A stretch of 64,000 nt of DNA from the human T2T-CHM13v2.0 reference genome, Homo sapiens: assembly GCF_009914755.1 (NCBI RefSeq), contig NC_060945.1. One strand, given 5' to 3'. Positions 1-16,106 of the stretch are shown here, piece after piece. Within the stretch, counting starts at the first letter, position 1; each line of letters opens with the position of its first letter. Position numbers and translations under genes: made by a program. Under the pieces are notes generated by a model. The model saw nothing but the letters and a program-made list of their open reading frames with translations. It did not search any database and was not told where the DNA came from.

Positions 1-681
1 AGGTACAACATGCACTCTTGTCTTATGCATTGTCATGAAACATATTAAAACTTAGTATGCTTGTCTGTTTTAGAAAAGACCTCTTTAATCATTCCAGTAA
101 TTATGCAAACACTCCCACAGGGCCAACAATAAACATGTCCTTCCCTTCCTGAGAAGCCTTCTGACTGTCTCCTTGGAAGCCACACCAAAGGGATTGGACA
201 GAACGTGCAATTAATAACTCAAATGAGGAGAGGTTAATATGGTCATCAGGCATCTGAGAAATAAAAGTGTCATTGCTTTATTAAAAGCTGTAATTCAGGT
301 ACAAGCTTACATAGTAATGATAAGACAATTTTAAAGAAATAAATGAAAGGACCAGAAGAAAAAAAAATGTTGATCTTAACTCTAGATGAGATTTTAGATT
401 CTGCAAACATATTTTCTTGGTTGATAAAGAATGAGATCCATTGACCTTTAAATGTATTATTTGTTGCAAGAAAATGTAGAAGTCCAAGGAAACTCTACAG
501 GGACTTTGCTACTTGAGGTTTGATAACCTGTCCATGAGTTTCCTAAGTACAGTGAATTTTCGAGGGTCCGTTTTCATGTGGCCTCAGGAGATCAAATTTA
601 ATCATTTAGGTTTTCCTTTCTCCTACTTGGGAGGGGTGTAGGGGCTTGAGAAGCTCAGGGCTATTTAAAAAGACCTACATG

Positions 682-797
682 GGCCAGACGTGGTGGCTCA
701 TGCCTGTAGTCTCAGCACTTTGGGAGGATGAGTGGGGAGAATCACTTGAGCCCAGGAGTTTGAGACCAATCTAGGCAATATAGGGAGACCACTGTCT

Positions 798-859
<62 letters not shown>

Positions 860-1022
860 TAGTCATATGTGGTGTCACACACCTGTCATCCAAGCTACTC
901 AGGAGGCTGAGGCTGGAGGATCTCTTGAGCCCAGGAATTTGAGGCTTCATTGAACCTTGATCAAGCCACTGCCCCAGCCTGGGCAACAGAACAAGACCCT
1001 GTCTCAATAAAGTAAAATAAAA
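682..1022 (+). mobile_element. AluJ SINE with a (TA)n microsatellite in the central A-rich linker
   Basis: Starts GGCCAGACGTGGTGGCTCATGCCTGTAG; two Alu arms with J-type GAGCCCAGGAG motifs; A-rich tail. Confidence 0.9.
807..856. repeat. (TA)25 microsatellite
   Basis: Perfect TA run read directly. Confidence 0.97.
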
Positions 1023-1534
1023 TGGCCTATACTATCTTTTTGTTGTTGTTGTTGCCTCACTTAGTATCAAAGAAGATTAAGAGAAATGTAAAGAGCTAGA
1101 CTTTGAGCTCCTATGTAATAAGGTCCAGGTATATGAAAGAGAATAATGATGAGGCCCTGATGTACATCCCATAACGTGAGAAATGACAGTTAGAAGAACA
1201 GGGGGACTCTGTTTAGTGGTAACATGAACTCTTTAAGGAACTCTTTAAGGAAGCTGGGACAAGGGAGAGCCTTCAATTTCTCATACACAGAAGCCAATAT
1301 GGGCTGTTTATGGTTGAATGAGGAGGAGGATGGTTTGGGTTCCTTGACCTATGTCACTGAGGTACAATCTTTATTTCAAACCCTCCCAGGCCACGATGAA
1401 AAGACTCCTGGAAAACCATGAGGTGGCCCTCCCAAACCCTAAGATTGGAATGTGGTTTTCCTAGGGAAAGAAGACTCATGAGCTGTCTGGAGGTGAGCAT
1501 TGGTGGGGAAGGTCTTTAGGAGCAAGAAGAAAAC

Positions 1535-1720
1535 CGTGGGCTTTATCCTTTAGGCTACGGAGTCATTGGAGAATTTTGGACAGAGGAATAATGAGATAGA
1601 AGTAATGTCTAGAGAATATTAATTTGATAACAGGGTACAAAATAATTTAGGAGATTTCTGGGAAGGGGGCCAGTTCAGAATCTTCTTCCCCCCATAATCT
1701 GTACGTGAGAACATGAAGTG
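1535..1720 (-). mobile_element. L2 LINE relic
   Basis: GGGCTTTATCCTTTAGGCTACGGAGTCATTGGAGAATTTT resembles the recalled antisense L2 3' region. Confidence 0.5.
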
Positions 1721-2179
1721 CTGTTGGTTTATTGAGTGAGCTAAACTGAGCGGGGGTAGAACTAGGGAACGATTTAATTTTTCATCGTCTATTGCATTTA
1801 AATGTGGTCTGTTTGATCCCTTTTCCTTATCCCTGAATGAGATCTGAGGAAAATCACATAGCTTTCTTGTCCTTTTGACTTGTTAGACAAGTCCTATTTT
1901 GTTAAGAGTCACTGTGTCTGGTATTAAACAGCCCAGTCTAAATAAAAACTTCAGGCTCAGATCCAATTCTGAGCTTCTCACCTTCCCTCAACTCAGGTCT
2001 GATCTAGGCTAGGAAAGAGGTGTGGTCTTTTCTTATGCAATTCCTTTCTCCTTTGCTTCTCTTCCCAACTCCTGCTGCTGGCTCCTCCAGAACTGGGAAG
2101 CAGGGGTTAGCATGAAAGGGGGAAAGGCATTTTTACTCCGTTCATGATATTTATGGGTTTCTCTTGGCTGGTGATAATA

Positions 2180-2510
2180 TGTGTGCTGGGCCTCCAAACG
2201 CTGGCTCATTTGTGGGGTGCAGATGGTCTGTGTGTGCTCCACGTGGGCTCTGCACAGGGTGTCAAGAGATGCAATACCCAGTTGGCCTTTTCCAAGCCTC
2301 CGGTGGTACCGTCTAGTGTGCTGCATCCCATCGAGATGGCTCAAGCTTGGCTCCCTTCCGGAGTTCACCGAACCCACCGGAAATGCATGGTTCGTTGCCG
2401 TTCCAAATGTGGGCTGCTTCCGGTGCTCCTTTCCTTCCTCCTGCCAGCCTCTCACTGTCTACATTCTCTGGCGGGAGGCAGGCACCAGCCTCTATGTTCA
2501 TATAAACCCC
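2180..2510. promoter_or_regulatory. Candidate promoter/enhancer (ETS cluster, E-box, TATA-like)
   Basis: About 12 CpGs in 300 bp; CCACGTGG 2239-2246; CTTCCGG 2355-2361; ACCGGAAAT 2376-2384; CTTCCGGT 2417-2424; TATAAA 2501-2506. Confidence 0.4.
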
Positions 2511-2625
2511 TAAATTCTAGCTTATCCATGTCATGCTCTCCAGAGAGCAATTCCACCGTATCCTTCTTTAGGGACTTAAGAATTGCTGCAACTGCTTAGC
2601 AAGCCCCCAGCTGAGCGTGAGATAC

Positions 2626-3496
<871 letters not shown>

Positions 3497-3532
3497 TAAC
3501 CAGCTTACATAAAGATGTGAGTGCAAAAACTT

Positions 3533-3971
3533 GTGATTTACCATGACTGTTGCCATATGTCCTCAGTCTCCTCATTCCAGGACAGCTGCCCCACAAGCCA
3601 CTGCCAGGGTCTTTCACCAAGTTTGTGCCAGGGCATCTCTCTAAGTTGCTTTCTCCAAAACTGCAGGAGCCTGCTTAACGTTTTTCATGCATGACACAGA
3701 ATTTCAGGGGAGTTAACACCCTCGGAAGCAACCCTCAACTAAAGTGAGTAATACCTCCACACCCCATCACCTGGTGTGACAGTTCTAAGGAGTGTTCTGC
3801 ACAGCTTCTCACAGGTTAATCCAGTTCATTAGACACCAGTTATTGATGTTTTCTCTTTTTTGTCTCACTGTTTCTATTCCATTCTTCTGTTTTCAACGTT
3901 AACTCCTGAATAAACTATTTGCACCAAGACTTCATGTCAGAGTTTGCTTCTTAGGGAACCTAAACTAAAAC
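3533..3971 (+). mobile_element. LTR16-like ERVL solo LTR
   Basis: 3' end AATAAACTATTTGCACC...TGCTTCTTAGGGAACCTAAACTAAAACA typical of LTR16; 5' boundary approximate. Confidence 0.6.
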
Positions 3972-4403
3972 AAGTTGTGCTTTATAACTTTTGCAGTGAG
4001 GTTCGATCAGCGTCTACTTCTGAGTTTTTCTTGGTTCTATGTGTAGTTTTTTGCTCATTGATTTTTGTCCCCGATTTAATCAAACATGTGTATATGATGC
4101 AAAGCTAAGTAAGACGTGGCCCCTACTCTCAAAGCGTTTACAGTCTGAGGAGTTTAAACCCATAGAAGTGTATTGTCACAGACACTGAAAGATTCTTTGA
4201 GATTCTTCTGTAACTCTTGAAATGTGAAGAAGGAAAGAAGACAAGGGCAGTACAGGGTTCTTTGAACAGTGGGATTGTGGGTAATTTGACATTGCCTTCT
4301 CCCCTTCAGCTCTGACACTGCAAACACGCAACTCCTGTACATCCCTCTTTCTGCTGTTTTCACCATGTGCTGAATGCCACCAGCCATTCGAATTAACTAT
4401 TGC

Positions 4404-4510
4404 ATTCCAGCTAGGATCTCTGAGGCAATGTCCTCATAGTTATCACACTGGATAGAATTCCAGGTGGAATCTCTGAGAAAATATCCTAATGGTTATTGCG
4501 TTGGATAGAA
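4404..4510. repeat. Diverged 53-bp tandem duplication (2 copies)
   Basis: ATTCCAG..ATCTCTGAG..TCCT..GTTAT..TGGATAGAAT recurs with period 53. Confidence 0.8.
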
Positions 4511-4614
4511 TGTCATGATTTCATGATTGTTTTGCTTTGAAAACAAAAACTTTTAATCTGCATAAGAGCAGGCTCAGGGAGGTGACAAAGCTGTTGCCTA
4601 ATATGCAGAGAGTG

Positions 4615-4815
4615 ATGTATGGTTGAGAGCAGAGACTTCAAATTTTGGCCCTGCTACTCACTGGGTTTGTGGTCTTAGGCTGGTTACTTAACTTCTCTGA
4701 ACTTGAATTTATCCTGTAAAATGGAACAAAATATTAATACCTGCTGATTGAGGCTGTTAGGTGGATCAAATGAGGAGTGCCTATAGAGTTTTTAGCAGAG
4801 TGTCCAGTACATGAA
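4615..4815 (+). mobile_element. MIR SINE
   Basis: Core TTACTTAACTTCTCTGAAC..TCCTGTAAAATGG. Confidence 0.75.
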
Positions 4816-5035
4816 TAAAGGACCAAGACATTAATAAGCATGGGGATGATAATGATGATGCAAAGAAATTTAGTGTTTTCTGTGTGGTCTCAGAAGGTGG
4901 AGACAGACCTGGTGTTTGGGTGAATAGAACTAGCTGAGATTGGAATACTTCCCATGTGGTGGGTCCCCAGCAGAGCTTGGCATCACTTCTCTCTCTTAGT
5001 CAGGATATTAGAAGGGATTTAAGAGAGGGGCGGGA

Positions 5036-5805
5036 TTTTCAAAAGAAGACATTTATGTGGCCAAAAAGCATATGAAAAAAGATCATCATCACTGGTCATT
5101 AGAGAAATGCAAATCAAAACTGCAATGAGATACCATGTCACGCCAGTTAGGATGGTGATCATTAAAAAGCCAGGAAACATGCTGGAGAGGATGTAGAGAA
5201 ATAGGAACACTTTTACACTGTTGGTGGGGGTGTAAATTAGTTCAATCATTGTGGAAGACAGAGTGGCGATTCCTCAAGGATCTAGAACTAGAAATACCAT
5301 TTGACCCAGCCATCCCATTACTGGGTATATACCCAAAGGATTATAAATCATGCTACTATAAAGACACATGCACGCATATGTTTACTGCAGCACTATTCAC
5401 AATAGCAAAGACTTGGAGCCAACCCAAATGCCCATCAATGTTAGACTGGATAAAGAAAATGTGGCACATATATACCATGCAAAACTATGCAGCCATAAAA
5501 AAGAATGAGTTAGCGTCCTTTGCAGGGACATGGATGAAGCTGGAAACCATCATTCTCAGCAAACTAACACAGGAACAGAAAACCAAAAACTTCATGTTCT
5601 CACTCATAAGTGGGAGTTGAACAATGAGAACATATAGGCACAGGGAGGGGAACATCATATAGATGATGGGTTGATGGGTGCAGCAAACCACTATGGCACA
5701 TGTATACCTATGTAACAAACCTGCACATTCTGCACATGTATCTTAGAACTTAAAGTATAATTAAAAAAAAAAGAACTTAAAGTATAATAATAATACTAAA
5801 AAAAA
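5036..5805 (+). mobile_element. L1PA7/8-like 3' fragment (ORF2 C-terminus, 3'UTR, tail)
   Basis: ORF 5249-5620 is the L1 ORF2 C-terminus ([24 protein letters not shown]); 3'UTR lacks the G-rich tract near 5658; AGAACTTAAAGTATAA occurs twice. Confidence 0.92.
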
Positions 5806-6195
5806 GAAATTGTGGTATATATATACCATGGAATACTACTCAGCCATAAAAAGGAACAAACTAATGGCATTTGCAGCAGCCTGGATGGAACTGAAGACTA
5901 TTCTTCTGAGGGAAGTCACTCAGGAATGGAAAACCAAATATTGTATATTCTCACTCATAAGTGAGAGTTAAGCTATGAGGATACAAAGGCATAAGAATGA
6001 TAAAAAAGACTTGGGGACTCAGGGGAAAGGCTGGGAGGGGCGTGAGGGATAAAAGACTTCAAATTGGGTTCAGTGTATACTACTCTGTTGATGGGTGCAC
6101 TAAAATCTCACAAATTACTGCTGAAGAACTTATTCATGTAACCAAAGACCACCTGTTCCCCAAAAACCTATGGAAATAAAAAAATTTTTAAAAAG
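5806..6195 (+). mobile_element. L1PB 3' end fragment
   Basis: GGGATAAAAGACT..GGGTGCACTAAAATCTCACAAATTAC..CCCAAAAACCTATGGAAATAAA, L1PB-type 3'UTR. Confidence 0.85.
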
Positions 6196-6204
6196 GAATT
6201 CCGA

Positions 6205-6770
6205 CTCGTTTCCCTGCCCTAAAAATCCTCTGAACTCTCCCTTTTCATGTTTCCCTCTCCAATAACCTATGCCAATCTCTGATCTTTGTCTCCATATTTG
6301 CTTTTCAGAATGTCATATGGTTGGAATGTCATATGGTAAGTCATCTTTTCAGACTGGCTTCTTTCACTTAGTCATATGCATTTGAGATTCCTCTTTGTCT
6401 TTTCGTGGCACAATAGCTCATTTCTTATTGGTGTTGAATCTTATTCTACTGTTTGTATGTACCAAAGTGTAATAACTCCTACGCCTACTAAAGGGCTTCT
6501 CAGTTGCTTCCCAGTTTTGACAACTTTCCATCAAGCTGCTATGAATATCTATGTCCACATTTTTTATGGAAATAAAATTTTAACTAATTTGGGTCAAAGT
6601 CAAGGAGCACACTTACTGGAATTTATAGTGACAATATGCTCACTTTAGTAATAACCTGCCATACTGTCTTCCAAATTGTTGTACCATTGACATTCCCACC
6701 AGTCAATGAATGACAGTTCCTATTGCTCCTCAACTTGCCAGCATTTGGAGTTGTCAGTATAGGATCTTTT
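6205..6770 (-). mobile_element. L1MC-type 3' region fragment
   Basis: CTGCCCTAAAAATCCTCTG..TTTTCAGACTGGCTTCTTTCACTTAG..CATTCCCACCAG antisense L1M motifs. Confidence 0.75.
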
Positions 6771-7581
6771 TTTAAAAGGAAAAGAAGAAAAAAAAGAAAT
6801 GAACTAAATGAAGGAGCTAGCATGAGACGTCATTGATTAGAATAATTTATTTGAGTCAAAAAGTGAAATGCAGGGAGCAGCAAATACAGGAATCAATCTG
6901 TACCCACATCCAGCCCACCTCACATGTCACCACTACCAGATGTATGGATAGAGACAACCACTTTGTTACTTCACAACTCACACACCATCAGTGCCTGAGT
7001 CAGACCTTCTGGCTTTCAAACTGTGCAACTGTAGGCAGGTTTCTTATTTTCTATAAGTCTGTAAGTCAGTTGCCTCAACTATAATATTGGAAATGTAATA
7101 GCTTATATCTTATACTTTGGTAACAAGGATGTGAATATAATAACTTGTGTTTTGCAGGTATGGACATACAAACTGAAAAAAAAAAGAGAGGGGTAGGAAG
7201 AGAGGACCCTTAAGATAACTACGAGCCACAGGGTCTACCACTTCACTCCAGGGATGATGAGAGGCATTAAGTGAAGAAGGGATGTGACTCAGTAGCTTTG
7301 AAAAATTCAGAACACTCAGTTGACCTCTGATAGCAAGGGTGTAGCACTGGCCTAAATGGCACCAAGAACTTGGGTGTCTCTGGGATGTAGCAGTGCTGGC
7401 CAGAGGAGGTCAGCTCTAAAATAACCTGACATGGAAGGGTTTCCTGGTATGACCCTGAACTTGACCATTGCTCAACTGTGAGCACTCTGGGAGCAGGATT
7501 CGAGTCTGTGTCTATCTGTCCTTTTTCTCTACACCATGCTGCCTGTAACTGTGTGTATATTTGTTTTATCCTTCCAACTAA

Positions 7582-7941
<360 letters not shown>

Positions 7942-9244
7942 CAGAATTTTCTTTTGAATGTCAGTTGGTTTTAGGGAATTTTTCCTTATTTGTACTTTTT
8001 TGTGTATTTTTCTCTTCTGGATTCCTGTTACTCAAGTTTAAAATAAATGAGATGAAACTAAACATTTATTTGAATTTCAACTCTGTATTATATTTCTTTT
8101 AATTGTTTAGCCTATCTTGAAATTATAATTGGGATGGTGTTTGTTTTACGACTTAAAACAATTCAGGATTATTTCAGTCAAAAATATGAAATCAATGCCT
8201 TTTTGATGAATAGAGGCTTTACATCTGAATAATAAATAGGCTGTTCTTTGTTTTCATAAACAGCTGGGGAAAATTATAAACCCCAGTTATCTCCTGTCAT
8301 TAAACTCATCCTGGAGATGTGGGAAGTCTACTTTAGAAATATTTACAAAAAGTAAGTTCACAAATGCAAGTTATCCAAAGAGAAAACATTAAGTGTTAAA
8401 TATAAAGGGTAGGAATAACTTGTTATATATGAACAGCAAGGATGTTCACAGGGAGAGAATAGATAGGTAGCCAGGAGCACAGCTTCATAATGATGAAACA
8501 TAAGGCACTTCAATAAAGACCTGAACATTTATGTTTATCTTAGGTTAATTTGCCAGTTAGCACACAGTCAGTCTTCTTCTAGAGGCATTAATGAATGATT
8601 TACATTAAGCACAATAAAGAGCACCTGCTTTCTGACTGTTACCTTGTTGAGGCAGGGAAATACATCCCAAGTAAATCAACACCATTGCTTTGGTAGCTAT
8701 AAAATTAGTCTATCTGATTTAAATGTTATAGTCATGGTATTTGGTAGTCTTGTTAATTTTGGACTTGTATTAGCTAAGAAAAAATACGCCTCACACAAGT
8801 AGAGCCCTTATAAACAAAGTAAGATTCTCCTTGGTTTTTATGTGAAGGAACTAGTTGATTCTCCTGGGTGATTACTTTCACTTCTGCAATTTCCTTTCAG
8901 AAATGAGTTCTGGTTCATTGATTTTTAGCAGAGCATATATAACTTACTGTTTTTAAAAGGACTATCCTTCTAGTGGAGCACAAGGAAACAGAATTTTAAG
9001 GGGTGATCATAAAATTAATATATGCTCATTGTAGACGTTATATAAAGCACAGACAAGAAACAGAATTTAAATTCTGCTCTCTAGGTACAATCACTAATAT
9101 ATCAGTAGGGGTGTTTTTCTTTCTAGCACTTTTTGGAGGTGGTATATAAGTATGCATAGTTTTTCTGCATATATTGTTAATATATTGCTTAGGTTTAAAA
9201 CATAATTTTTTCAACATTTTCTTATGTTATTAAATATTCTTTTA

Positions 9245-9880
9245 AAAGTTTTTATACTTGAAATAATTATTTATTCACAAATAGTAGAGAGAAGTTTCAT
9301 GTCTCTCCCAGTTGTAACATCTTATATAACTATAGTACAGTGTTACCCATTTTCTCCCAATGGTAACATCTTATATAACTATAGCACAATACCAAAGTCA
9401 GGAAATTGCCGTCAGTACAATATGTGTCATTTTATTACATATATAGATTTGTGTGACCACATCATAGTCAAGACACAGAACTATTCCATTACCATAAACA
9501 TCTCATGCATGCTAACTCTTTATACCCTTATGGTTACTCTATCCACCACCACTCCTGGTAACCACTAATTTTGTTCTCCATCTCTCTATTATTGCTTTGA
9601 GAATGTTATATAAATGCAATCATACAGTACTTGACCTTTAGAGATTGGATTTTTTACTCAGCATAATACCTCTGAGAGCCATCAATATTCTATGACATGT
9701 ACCGCGGTTTCACCATTCCTCCATTGGAGGACATCTCAGTGGTTTCTGGACCTTTGCTATTACCAAATAAAGCTGCTGTGAACATTGTGTACAGGTGTTT
9801 TGTGGGCAGAAGTTTTCATTTCTCTGGGATACATTCTCAGAAATGTGATTTTTGGTTCATATGGTAAATACATGTTTAGT
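9245..9880 (-). mobile_element. Old L1M (L1MB/MC-type) 3' end, interrupted by a young L1 and resuming at about 12427-12600
   Basis: Antisense L1M 3'UTR motifs; continuation TAAGAAACTG..CATTCCTGCCACC..CTCCACATCC after the insertion. Confidence 0.75.
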
Positions 9881-9892
9881 CGTTTATTTTTT

Positions 9893-12435
<2,543 letters not shown>

Positions 12436-12890
12436 GAAACTGACAAGTCTAAAAAACTGCCCAGTTACATGGTTTAAAAGTAGCTCTCTCATTTTGCATT
12501 CCTGCCACCAAGGTATGACAGTTCTAGTTTCTCCACATCCTTACCAGCATTTGGTGGTGTTACTATTTTTTATTTTTATTGTTCTGATAGGGGTGTATTG
12601 ACATCTCTACATCTCTTCTTGGCCTTATAAATATTCTTTGAAAATGTTTTTTAATAGCTGGTGCTATCTACTACTAGACTTTATTTGAAACCTAAATAGG
12701 TGAGTTTTTAAACTACCACCATAACCAATAACAGTTATTACCTGTTGAATGACCTTTCAACAATTCTGTTTTCACTGTACTCACTTACTGAGCTTTATGA
12801 ACTGGCCAGGGAAAATAGCTTACAGGTTGTCTCTTTATTTAAAATAAGTCATTCATATTTTGCCCTTGTCTTATCCACTCTCTCATAGGC

Positions 12891-12894
<4 letters not shown>

Positions 12895-12924
<30 letters not shown>
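12895..12924. repeat. (AG)15 microsatellite
   Basis: Perfect AG run. Confidence 0.95.
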
Positions 12925-12927
<3 letters not shown>

Positions 12928-14097
12928 TTTAATTAAAAATGAGTACATCTGAGGCTCCTGCTCAGAGATCCCAGCTGAAGTGGCTGTGTTGATTTTTCCT
13001 GGTGTTATGTCATCGGAAGGCATTTTAAAGCCCAGGTATTGTATCAACATAAATGTTCTTCATTGCCTTGCACAATGAGTTCTTGTAATCATTCATCAGA
13101 GGGTGACTGAGGAGTCTGCCTCTGCCCTTCAAGAAGCCACAGCTCATTGTCTGCACTTCCTTTCATTGCCAACTGGGGAGAGCTTCAGAAAGGAGGAACA
13201 TAAGCATTGGGATGCACGAGGAGGTGGGTTTATGTAGGTGATTAATGCAGTTCCATAAAAAGAGCTTCTCTAGGAGAACAAAGTGCTACTTCATTTGTGG
13301 GAAGACAAGATTGAAGAAGAGCTCTCTTTAATGCACTAGTCAGGAGCAGATGAATAGATATATTGCAAAACTCCCTTCCTAGGAAGAAACAAGTCCCCCC
13401 AAACCTGAGAGATAATGGCATGTCAGTCAATTTTAAAATGGACATTAGACCTTAAGAGAATGTGAAACCCATTAAGCTGTAGGGGTTGCAAAAGAAGGGG
13501 CACATAATTAGAGCATAAGTCTCCTGGCTGTGACAGCATGAGGTCTTGGGAAGATGGATTCACCAGCCTGGTGCTGAACTCCACAGCTGGGCTGAGCAGG
13601 TTCACCTCCTGTTGCTGTCACCACAGATAATCCTCCTGGGATACAAGGTCTTAATGTATGCCTTCACCAAGACTACCTTCCAGACTTAATAACCCCATAA
13701 ATCCCTGGGAGATGTTCATTCTAATTGACTACTTAGGAACAGCATTTATTGATGACGAGCTAAATTTTCAGAAATCAATTGCTAATTAGTGACACAGCCA
13801 AGATAATGATATAAACAATGTCTAGGTTGCAGGAAAAGCTATGAAAAAAAGATAAAAGCTAACAGATGATTAAAAAAAAAAAACAACTAAAAGTTAAATA
13901 AGACCAGAATGAAAAGCAAGTCAACTATAGGAAAAGTCCTTAGGCAGGAAAGTAGCAGGCCTGATGTCTTGTTCTAACGTCAGCATGAGCTGTGTGACCC
14001 TATCTAGCTGTCTTTACCTGCTCCAAGTTAAAAGTTTACTTACACAAAAACAAGTGACCTAGGAGAGACTAATGGGGGCTCATTCATTTTTTAAGAA

Positions 14098-14590
14098 TTA
14101 ATAGACTTTAATTTTTAGAGGGGTTTTAGGCTTACAAAAATTGAGCGTATAGTATAGAATTACCACATGCTTCCTCTATCCTTGCCTCAGTTCCCCCTAT
14201 TATTAGCATCTGGCTTTGGAGTGCTACTTTTGTTACAATTGATAAACTAATATTAATACATGATTATTAACTAAAACCCATACTTTACATTAGGGTTCAC
14301 TCCTTGTACAATTCTGTAGGTTTTGTCAAATATATCATCATATGTATCCACCATATCCACCAGAATAGTTTCACTGCTCTAAAGAGGCCCTGTACTCCAT
14401 CTATTCTTTCCTTCCTCTCTCTCCCCAAGTTCCTGGCAACCATTGATCTTTTTGCTGTCTCCATAGTTTTGTCATTTTCAGTGTCATACACTGGAAATCA
14501 AACAGTAGTAGGTAGCCTTTTTGGACTGGCTTCTTTCACTTAGCAAAATACATTTAAGTTTCCTTCAGGGTTTTTCATCTAGCATGATAG
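14098..14590 (-). mobile_element. L1MC1/2-type 3' end
   Basis: ATAGACTTTAATTTTTAGAG..TTACATTAGGGTTCACTC..CAGAATAGTTTCACTGCTCTAAA. Confidence 0.78.
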
Positions 14591-14607
14591 ATACATTTTT
14601 ATAATTA

Positions 14608-14900
14608 ATTTATTCAATCATTAGTTATTAGACGCATGTCTGCTTCAAGTACTGGCTGGGCCCAGAGACATAAAGACAAGCAAGAAATTGCTTTACTTGT
14701 ATGAATTTCACATGGGAACCAGTGGAGAGACAGATGATTGAACAGTGGCAGTGCCCTGCAGAGAGGAAAAAATGAGAGTAGAAGGTGAAGACAGTGCACT
14801 GTGTTAGATGATGTCTCAGGGAAGCTGGACAGGGGGTCCTAGTATGTGTAGAGGAGGAGGCAAACTCTGAACTGGACCAGCTTCCCATTTTACCAGCCAG
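14608..14900 (-). mobile_element. L2 relic
   Basis: TTTATTCAATCA..TTATTAG start and downstream L2-like purine-rich motifs. Confidence 0.45.
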
Positions 14901-15157
14901 GAAAAAGGAAGAAAGTGTGGGAGAAAACTCCATCAGTGTAAAAATTAATACATTAAAGGAAGTGAGAAAGTTAAAATAGAAGATAATAAGGAAGAACATA
15001 TTTTTAGTTGTAATGGTTCTGAATGAATACCTGATATGAGTGTTTTCTATTATTTCCTCTTACAAAATAGAAGAATCTTTGCTGGTGCCTGAAACAAAAT
15101 TAATTCATTTTCCTTGAATAACCTAAGTTTAAATATGGGTCTTTTTTTTTTCCATTG

Positions 15158-15260
15158 AGAATCATAGCATTTTACAACAGGAAGGAAACTTAATGGAAAT
15201 TTAGTTTAACTTATTTATTTTACAGATGAGGAAACTAATGGCTAAAAATTGCTTTTCCCA
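15158..15260 (-). mobile_element. MIR fragment
   Basis: ATTTTACAGATGAGGAAACT core. Confidence 0.75.
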
Positions 15261-15280
15261 GCTATTTAAGAAATGGAAGT

Positions 15281-15386
15281 ATTTTTAGTAGAGATGGGGT
15301 TTTGCCATGTTGGCCAGGGTGATCCGCCCACCTCGGCTGACAGAGCGAGACTCATCTCAAAAAAAAAAAAAAAAAAAAAAAAAAAG
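15281..15386 (+). mobile_element. Miniature rearranged Alu: inverted left-arm piece, sense 3' end and poly-A
   Basis: Antisense Alu 15279-15337, sense TGACAGAGCGAGACTCATCTC 15338-15358, A27; TSD AAGAAATGGAAGT / AAGAAACAGAAGT. Confidence 0.88.
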
Positions 15387-15742
15387 AAGAAACAGAAGTG
15401 TGGGGGTGGAAAGTAGGGCTCTTTATTCTGATTCCAGTGGTCTTACTCTTACAGACTTTCTAAAGACACAGAATAAACAATGCAATTATCCAATAGCAGG
15501 TTCTAAAACATGGGTAAAAAGAAGAGAGAATGACAGGTAATCCTGTTTCTTACCCAAATAAGAGGCCAGTCCAGAAAGTTTGAATATCCCAGATGTGGCT
15601 GACCTAAGGAACTGTGAATAAAAGGATAGATAAGAACATTCGAAGTGGGGAGGGAAGACAGAAATGGAAAGAAGGTAAGAAAAAATCAGAGGGGAGGCAA
15701 TGAGAGAATAATCTAAAGACACTTGTGGCATTAGATATGTCA

Positions 15743-16106
<364 letters not shown>

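Noticed and set aside
1226-1252. 12-bp tandem duplication GAACTCTTTAAG
   Set aside because: Ordinary slippage duplication with no further signal
2033-2599. Overlapping 110-151 aa ORFs on both strands
   Set aside because: No recognisable domain; best explained by locally higher GC content
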